From contig NC_058134.1 in assembly GCF_016433145.1 (NCBI RefSeq), positions 73,487,547 through 73,551,546 of the forward strand: a DNA stretch of 64,000 nucleotides, in the 5' to 3' direction. A model generated the notes under the pieces. That model ran no database searches. It was not told the origin of the DNA and was given only the letters and a program-made list of their open reading frames with translations. Made by a program: the position numbers and the translations under genes. Position 1 is the first letter of the stretch. Each line of letters opens with the position of its first letter. Of this stretch, positions 27,132 through 37,677 are shown piece after piece. Origin of the DNA: Gracilinanus agilis. Its lineage: Eukaryota.

Positions 27132-28150
27132 CCATGCTCACTAACTCTCTTTGTTCTTTTTCTATTCTTGGTATTGTTATTGTGTCTACAGTTGTTACTA
27201 CATCCTTCTCTTCTATACAATCTATAGTATTATCAGTAATATCATTTTGTATGTGTTTCTATAAGTTTCTCCATCTCCTATTTCACTTTGCCTTTTGGTT
27301 CCTACTTCTATGCTTTCTTGGGTGTAACCTTCATAATGCTATTGCACCTTTAGACTTTGATTTGTTATAACTAGCTCCTGCCATTTGTGAGTATTTGGGT
27401 TTGACACCCATCCTTATAAACTCTTGCATTGTATATAAATCTGGGGCTTGTTGAGATGACTGTCCACACACATGGCTACAACATTGCATCTGCTCCTTCT
27501 CTGAACTTGGGGATATCTTTGATATATATATTTTGATTCCCATATTTGTTCTATCTCCACACACCATTTGAATACCTATTGTTATTTTGAGTAGATGTTT
27601 GGGACCTAAAGGGACATTCTCTAAGAAAATGACCCAGCTTGTTTGTATGCTCTTAGTGTAGCCATGGTTTTTACCTCATTAATTTCTTTCTCTTTTAACT
27701 TTCTATTAGCCTCATTAAGTTGGCTCCTAAGCTCCGCTACCAGTTTATTCTTATCCTCATGTTTGTCCCCATCTATATCAGACATAAGATGCAGTCCTAT
27801 GCATCTCCTCTAAACCCATGCTCTCCAATGTTGGACACTGCAATCTAAAACAATTCCTTACAGGAGCACAACTATTCTTAACAAATTGATGCCTAATGTG
27901 TGCTAGATTTTGCTCTGTAAGTGATTCCATCCTGAGCAGATGCTCTCCAGCTTCAACAAGCCTATCAAGGAATATAGCTCGATTTCCCCCTGGTTCCTGT
28001 CTTATTTTCTCAAACTTTGACCCTGTATCTGGTCTTTTTGTATGGATTTTCATTGCTTCTATTGTATTAGGGTTCTTTGGGGATGGGATAAGATGTATTA
28101 AAAGGGATCTTGTTGAGCCAGTAACACGGTGGGTTAAATGGGCCTAACAG
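27132..28150 (-). mobile_element. gag: ERV gag fragment (CA, knuckle remnant, extended C-terminus)
   Basis: KFEKIRQEPGGNRAIFLDRLVEA (27778-28053), KLGHFLRECP knuckle half (about 27620-27660), then QCCSHVCGQSSQQAPDLYTMQEFIRMGVKP (27331-27567). Confidence 0.75.
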
Positions 28151-28972
28151 TTAGCCTGGTCAGGCCAAAACTTGATCTGGGACCAGTGCACAGAGTTACT
28201 AATTTACAGAACTGTATATAATAAATAAAAGATGTAATTTATTTCCAGAGATAGAGGGTTGAAGGGTAAGGGGAAATCCCTGTCATTAATTACTAACTAT
28301 AAAAATCCCAGTTCTAAACCTCCTTGTGGAGGGTCTTCAGAGAATTGATGATCTACATCAGTGATGGGCAAACTATTCCCCACGGGCCAGATCCAGGTCA
28401 TAGTTTGCCCATCACTGCCTTAAGCAATTCCCTAATCATTATGCCCCCATATCCAGATGTAGTGATTAGGGAATTGCTTAAGGCAGCAATGGGCAAACTA
28501 TGGCCTGGATCTGGCCCGCGGGGAATAGTTTGCCCATCACTGATGTACACTGATCCCTCTCCTCTCTCATCTAAAAACCCCAATCCCTGTTCTAGATAAC
28601 CTGAAATAAGCCCTCTCTTGGTTAGTATTAGAAATGATGGTCTGTGACAAGCGTGGCAGGGCCCAGGGAAGGTCCTAGATCCAAAATGGACCCAGACCTC
28701 ATCTTACAATCAGTGCAGGCAATTGGTTCAGGATCACAAAGTTCTTCTCCAAGGGAAATACAGTAACCAGATAACAACAAGGCAACAGATAGGATAGGAA
28801 AACAGGATAGGAACAGCAAACTAAGGATAAGCAGCCACTCTCTCCAGATACCTTCAGAGAGAGACAGCCAGTCCCCTCAGTTCCAGTCTAACCCCTCTTT
28901 CCAACATTCCAGAATCTTTATCCTCTGCAACCATCATCTCTTCCTATAACTTATTTTTATTTCCTTATAACA
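28150..28972 (-). mobile_element. 3' LTR of the ERV at 28973-31760
   Basis: Ends ttataaca at 28972, immediately followed by the polypurine tract aatcccccctttg (minus strand caaaggggggatt). Left boundary approximate. Confidence 0.7.
28359..28542. mobile_element. Palindromic hAT-derived element: two inverted 59-bp mini-MITEs with a spacer
   Basis: Each unit carries cagtgatgggcaaacta TIRs. 80-bp arms (28359-28438 and 28463-28542) differ at 4 positions. Flanks atctacat/atgtacac are 8-bp TSD-like. Confidence 0.88.
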
Positions 28973-31760
28973 AATCCCCCCTTTGCATAAAGCCAAAATA
29001 GTGTTGAAAACATTTTGGCATTTGTGCACCAACAAACTTAAATACCCACCTAAGCTAAAATTCTTACCCAAAATAATAAACAGACTACAATCACTTATCT
29101 TATCCTAACACTACCTTATTCTAAGGATTTAAACAAAGGAAAGGAAAAGGAAAATACAGTAAACAGTTACAAAATCAAAATATAAAACAAACATATGCAA
29201 AAGCAAAACAAGCAAAGATAAAACATCAAAATAGAAATACAAACACAAAACTTCATGCAAAACAATAGTCATAAAAATACTATACTTATATACTAATACA
29301 GAAAAGAATTATATCAAAACTATTGCAATACATAAAACAGAAAACAAAAAATTAGAAAAAGTTAAAAAACCACAACATAGCATAAGCTGTTAGAACAAAC
29401 TCAAACCAATCCATCAAAATTTACTTATGCAAAATACATTCAAAATTAAGATGAAAATTCAAAACAAATTTTATTCTAAACTAAAACCTTATGTTTTAGT
29501 TTACTAACTAAATAACTGTTACATAGAATTGTACTTCTTAACTATCCTACTTACTTAATAACTGTTACATAGAACTGTACTTCTTAACTATCCTATCTAA
29601 ATAACTTAATCAACATAAAATATTAGCTATATACATAATTTCTACAAACATAATACATATAATACATGCACACACAATATTTACATACATGTTACATATA
29701 CACATACTCTATGACATAATTTTGTCAATCCTAACTATAATACATATATTTACATATGTATTTACATATATATAGAATGTGATATAATATGTAATTAACT
29801 GCATTACCTTAACCTATCAACCCTAAACTCTATTCTAACTAAATCCTTATATGCATGCTGATATCATCAAAACATAACATCTGAAATCAGACATCCTATC
29901 TTAATCAAATCTCATAAAAACTAACCTATCTACCTAAGCTACTACTATTCTAACTTATCTAAAATCTAAACAGTATCTATTTATCTACATGGACACTTAT
30001 ATATAACTAAACCCTATAATAAGTTGTGAATCAATGTATTCTAACCTTGTTTATGTTTATATGTATGTTTATGTTATGTTATTTTTCTGTTATACGTATG
30101 TGTATGTGTATATTACATGCAACATACCTACCAAAACTTCAGATCCTCCATCTTCTCATCTTGTCTGATAAAATCTCTTCTTTTCCAAAGTCCATGGCAG
30201 TAATATGTAATGTTGAATGCATTCTAATATGAAAATATGCTATGTTACATGACATAAATTCTTATAAACATCTGTCCATCAATCACCTGAACTTCTTCAC
30301 TGAAAAAACTTTTTTAAAGTCTGTTATGTCCGTGTCAGCTGCAAATCATCCACTTTATACACAATTTTCTCTGTTGTCTCTGGAGTCTCCTTTTCCACAG
30401 GAATCTCCTCTTCCTTAGGAATCATCCTCTCCTTACTGAACTTTTTGACTACAGACTCAATTTGACTGATGGAATTCTCTGCTTTCCACTTCATAGCTAT
30501 TCACTAACTCTTCTTCTTCTCCTGCAGTTTTTCCTTCTTCTACCTCCACTATTTCCCCACTTTCATAATCAATTCTATGAGCTAATTTTACATGAGAAAA
30601 ATGGAACCAAGTATTTCTTCCTAATAATTTCACTGATGAAGTTGAAATTAACAAAATAATATAAGGACCAATCCACCTTTTTTGTATAGCCAGTGTTTTG
30701 GCAACATTTTTCACATTTACCAGATCACCTGGCCGAAAATCATGGAATAATCCAGTGGACCAGATTGGATCAAAACTCCCATATCATGCAATTCTTTAAG
30801 CCTTTGTTGTAGAGCAACTAAATATGAAGCAATTTGACAATCTCCCCCCAAGAGAAAAGTATAGACAGCCTTACAAGTTTTAGCCTGCAATGGAGTAGGA
30901 AAAACAAAGCTATGGGAAGAATATCTGTCCATTTTAGTTGAGTTTCTACACAAATTTTCTGCACCATAGTCCTGAGTTCCCTATTCAAATGCTCCACCTG
31001 ACCTGAACTTTTTGGATGATAAGGAACATGAAACTTAGGTGTTATTTCCAGATTCTCATAAACTCTCTTCAAAATTTCGAGTAAAATGAGATCCTCTATC
31101 TGAGTCTATGGTAATTGGAACACCAAATCTAGAACAATTTCCCTAAGCAACACTTTCACCACAAAGCCAGCTGTATTTGTAGTAGATGTAGTAGGTTCAG
31201 ACCATTTTATTAAATGATCAACAATTACAAGGCAAAACCTATAGCGTTTGGCATGCTTATATAATCTGTTTGCAAACTCTCAAATGGGCAGTATGCCAAA
31301 GGTCTGCCACCTAAATCTTTCTTTCTGAATGCACCTTGATTGAACTTTAGGCAAACAAAACAGCTGCTAGAGATCCTATTTGCAATGGTACTAATTGTCA
31401 GTGCTACCCACGATCTCCTAACAGAATCCACAACAGCTTGTGTACCAAAATGACCTTTCTTATGAATGGCTTGACACAAATAGATATAAAAATTTTTCTA
31501 AGAGCTTTTCCCCAGTGTCTGCAACCCATACCATGTTCTCTCCCAGCTCCAAACTTCTCCTTCCATGTTTCAACCTCAGAGTCTACATAAGCTTGTAAAT
31601 CAGCAGACTCAATAGTGGAAATATTCATAGCATAAACTGGAGCATTCTGGGCTGTATACTTTACAGTTATATCAGTTCTATGATTTCCTTTAGACACTGA
31701 GTCTCTACCAAAAGCATGGCTTCTGCAATGAATTACAGCCAGCTATTTTGGCTTCTGGTT
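28973..31760 (-). mobile_element. pol: Class I ERV: integrase, charged extension, AT-rich env-less tail, PPT
   Basis: HHCC region HKKGHFGTQAVVDSVRRSW, FESLQTDYISMP, HVPYHPKSSGQVEHLNRELR, and GPY/F WIGPYIILL...WFHFSHVK (30457-31697). Confidence 0.9.
29511..29595. repeat. Tandem duplication, 46-bp period
   Basis: aataactgttacatagaa(t/c)tgtacttcttaactatccta at 29511 and 29557. Confidence 0.9.
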
Positions 31761-31791
31761 TTAAAAGGAAACTGAGAAACCCCTAAAGGCA

Positions 31792-34520
31792 TGTAATGGG
31801 TGTCCAAGGATTTTGAGTAAATTGGTCTGGCCGGGCAGTTCCTCTAATACTCAAGGAAGTAAGTGCCTATCTGGCTCATTGAGCTGGGTCAGCACAACCT
31901 GTATGAGAGGGATAACACAAAAAACTATGCCAAAGAGAGACAAACAGGGGAATGGTGGTTGATTAGGAATTTTGCTTTACCTAGTCTTCTGAGATGTTTC
32001 TCCCTTGGAATAGAATGCTTGAGAGAGAGTGAATGGTGGTTGATTGGGATTTGGCTCAACCCAATTGAAGTAGACCCGCTCTCTCTAAGATAATGCCAAA
32101 CTGGTATCTGTTAAAAGGTAGAGAAATCCTTAGGATGTTGGAATAAATGACTGGTCAGGTTGTTTCTGTGAGATGACTTGTCAGGATATCCCTTCCTTCT
32201 AGACAGAGAGTAAATGGCTCCCTCAGTCCCTGATAGAATAGCTTGGAGGCAAGAAGATACAGAAGTTTATACCAGATAGGGATGAAAAAGAAATATGGGG
32301 ATAGGGGAATAACTGTGTGCCAGACAAACGAGGGACACTCCCACACCTCACAAAGGGAAAGACTGACAGGTAAACACAGGAAAACCAAATAGGGATCTGA
32401 GGTTTGGGGAATGGCAGTTGGTCAGTTAAACTGACAATCTTTCAACCAGGGAAACTTCAAATTGTGAGACCTTTATGGCTTAGAGGAGTCAGGAAGTAAA
32501 AATAAAACTATTTTATTGATGATAAATAAGGGAAGTGAGAGAGAAGGGTTTACTACACTAGAAATAACCCAAATGATTAAACTAAACTAAGATCAGCTCT
32601 AACTAGAATAAGATCAGCTCTAACTAGAATAAGAGAGGGCTGGAGAGGTGGGATTCTCACTACACTTGTCTAACTTGTCCATGGTGCTCCAAGATGTCAC
32701 AGGAACCAGGATCATTATATTCACAGCCAATTAATCCACAAAGAGCTCTAGGGAGTAAGGTAGATAAATCTTCTGTTCACCAACAGATAACCAAGACCTT
32801 TCTCTACCTAGGCCACAATAATTGCTTGAAGTATCTTCTTCTCAGTGAAAATCCCACTCTGTCAGCTTCTTGGATATTTGGAAAAGCTGGACCACACAGC
32901 CAAAGCCTCCTTCCTTCAGCTTGGTCAAAACCACTCTCTCTTTCAAAATCCTGGCTTCATTCCATTATAGAACGTCCATGAAGTCCAAGATTTCTTCAAG
33001 CTGTCATCTATTCTGCCTTATCTTAACTTTTATACCAATCCTACAATTTCCCCATTACAGGGAACACCACAGGGATAATGAATTAGCATTTGACTAGGAC
33101 TTTGCTTAACGTACTCATGCTTGATGTCCCTTCTGTTACAAACCCCTGCCAGAGAGACAGCAATGACAGCCAGCTCAGGACTTGACTCTATCTGGGCCTT
33201 AGAGAGCTATCTCTCAGAATAACCCTTAACCCTCCAATCTCCCTTTTTTCTTCCTTATAGATCAATCTGACAGCTTTGCTAAGGTTGATGAATATTTATT
33301 AAAGGGGGTAACAAGAGCTAAGTTTTGGAAAGAGGGAAATAGGAGGTCCCTAATTGGAAGGTGTTGATCAGTTGTTCAAATTCTCTCAGCCTCCTTTAAA
33401 GCTGGGCTGGCTTGACTCTCTGTCTATTTTGATTGTAATGGCTACCCTAGGCTATCTAAGTTTATAGTCTCTAGGTTTGCTGGTACAACAGAGATGATTC
33501 TTTGGTTTGATCCAGTTACTCTCAGGGTGATTCCTTTTTGAGATAACTAGCTGATGATCCAATTTACACAGGTTCTCTCAGTTCAGGGTAGCAGACTGAT
33601 CAGGATGAATGACTTCTCTGAATGGCTTAGGGGATATCTTTTTTTTAGGAGTTTCCCAGGGAGTTCCCACTCTGTCCAGAGCCTGAGACAAGACTTCCCC
33701 TAAAAGTCCTTTAGCCTTCCCAACAGCCCCCTACTTCCAGGGTTCTAAATGGCCCTAGACCTCTGACTGTCCTCTTGCCTTCATGGCTTCCCTGTGTAAT
33801 TTCAGTCTTCATATCCCTTTATGACCCTGTTTGATTAATCTGACTGCTTTTCAGGTATAAAGATTTATTTGTAAAAAGAGAACAAGGGTAGGGCAGGACA
33901 TAGGTTGAAGGAGTCCCTAACTAAAGGCAGCAGGCAATGGTGTCCAGTCTTGACAGCCCTTGGCTGAAGCCAAGGCTAAAATTTGATCCTCTCTATCTAT
34001 AGTTTTTCTCTCTCTTTCCTAGACTAATCGTCAAAGGGAATAAGTCTCTAGGGTAACTGGAATAGCAAGATGATGAACCAGGAACTAGGAGCAACTGTCT
34101 CCCTCAGGGAAAATCCCTGAGGATAGACTCAGGAGTTCAAATCTGCTCCCTAGTTGATCTTGTTCCTTCTTTGACAGGAGCTTCAAGATATTGTAAATTT
34201 TCAGTTGGTAAGAGAGTCTTTCTCAGGAGTGTATTCACTTCCTAAAGGCTGGAGTGAGATACTCAGAGCTCTTTTCTCTCTCAGAGTTCCTCCCAACTCC
34301 CAGAAAATGGTAGTTAGAAAATCTCTTCATTCTACCCCTCCTCCAAGATTCTAAGAATCTCCCTGTCAGTCCCCACTTTACTGCATTCCATAGCATTTCC
34401 TTGTGAGCACACTCCTTCCAAAATACCATTTCTACAGATGTCCCCTTTCATGAATTAAAAACATGCCAGGTTTGATTTCATGAATTCTTGATACTTCCTT
34501 TAATCTTAACCTGTTCTTAT
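31792..34520. mobile_element. Tract of several adjacent or nested LTRs
   Basis: Multiple TG-initiated non-coding segments (tgtaatggg 31792, tgtgagacc about 32463) with reverse poly(A)-signal contexts and no protein homology. Confidence 0.55.
32588..32634. repeat. 21-bp tandem repeat within an LTR
   Basis: taagatcagctctaactagaa twice, plus taaga. Confidence 0.9.
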
Positions 34521-34690
34521 TTTAATCCCCCCAAATAAAAAAAACCCTCTATCCTAAGCTATTCTATTCCTATTTAACTATTCTTAGTCTAGGAGTTTCC
34601 CAGGAAAGACATAAATTGAGGGTAGGGTGTACATAATCATTACAGAGTTTCAGTAACACAAATTGCAACTTTCTAACCCACAGTTAGGGT

Positions 34691-35134
34691 TAGGGGCAGC
34701 TGGGTGGCTCAGTGGATTGAGAGCCAGGCCTAGAGACTGGAGGTCCTAGATTCAAGTCCGGCCTCGGACACTTCTAGCTGTGTGACCTTGGGCAAGTCAC
34801 TCGACCCCTATCGCCCACCCTTACCACTCCTGGGCTAAGGACGGTCCCTAGCCCGGATGAAAAAAGGAGGAGGGTTGGGCGTGGGGCTAGCAACCCCACC
34901 CTGTAAAAACTACATCTGCTAAAGAAACTGCAACCTAAAGTAGGGGCAGCTGGGCTAGCTCAGTCGATTGAGAGCCAAGCCTAGAGACAAAAGGTCCTAG
35001 GTTCAAATCCGGGCTCAGACACTTCCCAGCTGGGTGACCCTGAGCGACTGTGTGACCCATTGCCTACTGGTTGTGGCCCTATGCTCCTAGAATGGAGTCC
35101 CAGGATAAAAAACAAACAAACAAACAAACAAAAA
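34691..35134 (+). mobile_element. Dimeric tRNA-derived SINE with an RTE-like middle segment and (CAAA)n tail
   Basis: Two taggggcagctggg heads (34691, about 34941) flank ggtccctagcccggatg...ggaggagggttgggcgtggggctagcaaccccaccctgtaaaaac, which resembles an RTE 5' end. Possible TSD cacagtt. Confidence 0.8.
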
Positions 35135-35139
35135 CACAG

Positions 35140-37418
35140 TTCTTAAAATTATTGCTAATTATTTTATAACACTAAGCTAATACAAAAATTATCTATCTAT
35201 GACTATCAGTATTCTAGAACAACATTACAACTATGAAATCTTCCATTAAACACAATTTTAGCCATAGGCATTCCAAGAAACTTCATCAAAGAAAAGAAAA
35301 CTTTTCAGCAAATGCAGTTTAAATTCTAATCTTAACAAGTCTAACTGTCTTATGTATTGCCTATACTAAATATTAATTCTACAACTAAAATGTTACAATA
35401 ATATTATAGGAACTTCTTTATCCTATTTCATACATAGTCTATCTACACTTTATGATACATATGATCAAGCTATTTAGATACAGTTGCAAGAAACCCATGT
35501 TACAAGTATTTATAGTATGTATAGGCTTATGTACAATATATACAACAGATTTTCAATTTTGCCTATGCCCTGATATTAATCAAACAGAAAATCCATAGAT
35601 TTTCCTATTTAATACCTCATGGATCTATTTACATCCTTAATATTACATTTTCATGTAAAAAATTCCCATTTATCTACATGGGGTCATCAAAACATATATG
35701 CATCATTTTGTGAAATATGTGTTCTATTTTATGTGTGTTAGTTGTGATATTTACAAAATCTCTTCAGAAATCCACTTCTTACAAGTTGCCTGATGGTTTC
35801 TCTTCTTTCTTCCCTGTTGTGTGTATGTTGGATGCCATAACATATGAACATGTTCTGTTTGTGACTTTTGACACACTTTATTCTTACATATGAACTGGTT
35901 ATTGGTTGTCCTCTTGCTATGTACAATTATTCACAATATTCAATGATTTTAATGTCCATGTCAGCTCCACAAGAGATCTATTTTCATTCTGTTCTTGCAG
36001 CTTTTCTTCTTGCTTTCCCCCTGGGCTGGTAAGATTTTATCCTTCCTTTTATCTTCCACTGGATTTGTCCCCTAATGCTTTTTCTGCTGGTTGTCTATAC
36101 TTGATTGTTATTTACACCTGCTGTCCTTCTGGAACTGTTTCAGGAACTTCAAATTCTGTTTGATCTGATTCTATTGTTTTTGTTGGATCTGTATGTTCAT
36201 TACTGTCTTTCTCCTGTCTGTTTGCACTTTGCTCTTTACTATTAGTGTGAGTATTTTTTATCTTTATACTGGAATAGTGTACCTATGAATTTTTTTCCTA
36301 AGACTTTTATAGCACTTGGAGTTTTAAATAACATATTGAAAGGACCGACCCATTTCTCTTCAGTAGCAGATTTTCTATTAAAATTTCTCACATAGACTTT
36401 GTCCTCTGGTGTTATTTTATGCAAAGAAAAATATAAAGGTGTTGTTTGCTGAATCACACACATTTCATGGAGTTCTTTCAGTCTTGTTTACAATGCCTTT
36501 ATATAAGATGATAATTGACAATCTCCTGCTAGCATTGAAATAAAACTAGGTTTACATATTCTTGCTTGGAATGGAGGATGACCAAACAACATTTTGAATG
36601 GAGACAGATGTAAATCCCTACTCGGATGAGTTAATAAGCAAAATAATGAGTCCATTTCAAGTGAGTCTCTGAACAGATCTTGCGAAGTAGAGTTTTGATT
36701 TTTCTGTTCGGTCTTTCCACTTGTCCCAAACTTTGTGGATGGTATGGCGTATGAAAACTGGTTTTAATCCCCAAGTTTTCATAGACTTCTTTTAGCACGA
36801 ATTCCGAGAAATGTAATCCCTGGTCAGAATCCAGTCTAGATGGAATTTCATACCTAGTTATGTTTTCTTTTAATAGCACATTTACTATGAATGCTGCAGT
36901 GTTCTTTCTGACTGGGAATACCTCTGGCCACATCATGAATATGTCTACAATTACTTGGCAATATTTAAACCCTTTATCTCTTGGCATATTAATGTAATCA
37001 ATCTGTATGCTTTCAAATGGAGTGAATGCTAATGGTCGACCTCTCAGACTTTTCTTTTGGAACACTCCTTGATTGTACTTCATGCAAATATTACATCTGC
37101 CACAGATTCTTATTGCAATTGGTGTAATCCCAGGTGCCAGCCCAAATCTCCTCACTATATTGATCATAGCCTGTGTCTCAAAGTGTTCTTTCTCATGTAT
37201 TGCATTGCATACACGATAGAATAGCTTTTTAGGTAAGATGGGTATATCTAAGTCAGAAAACCATATTCCTCCTATTTCTTTGGCTCCAAAGTTCTTTTTC
37301 CATGTCTGAATTTCCAAATCATCGTAGGCACTAGTTAAATTTTCCTCTTTGATGACTGATATATTCAGGACATTCATTGGACTTTTCCTAGCTGTGAACT
37401 TAGCTGTCACACCCGCCC
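35140..37418 (-). mobile_element. pol: Class I ERV integrase plus tail (left part of a split pol)
   Basis: ORF 36631-37452 contains HEKEHFETQ, FESIQIDYINMP, DSDQGLHF and TPYHPQSLGQVER. GPY/F motif WVGPFNML (36242-36463). Confidence 0.93.
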
Positions 37419-37677
37419 TGTAGATTTTAAAATTAATATTCAATATCTCCAAAGTATAATAAATCTTTGCAGAGATTTATTAATATTTAACTAGAGAGCT
37501 GGAGAACACGGGGAGTGCTCACCACTCACGTGGAAGAGAGAGCAAGAGAGTGTTACCCAAAACTTATATACAATTACATAAAAGACACACATAAATGGAA
37601 AGGAAAAGGGAAGTTTGGGAGTGAGTTAAGAATTCTGGGAGATGAAGTCTAAAGGATATAAAATTTCCACTTATACA
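37419..37677 (-). mobile_element. 3' LTR (259 bp) of the nested provirus
   Basis: tgtagatttt...ttataca. PPT ttcctccct at 37678. TSD gccc at 37415-37418. Paired with 48455-48685. Confidence 0.92.
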
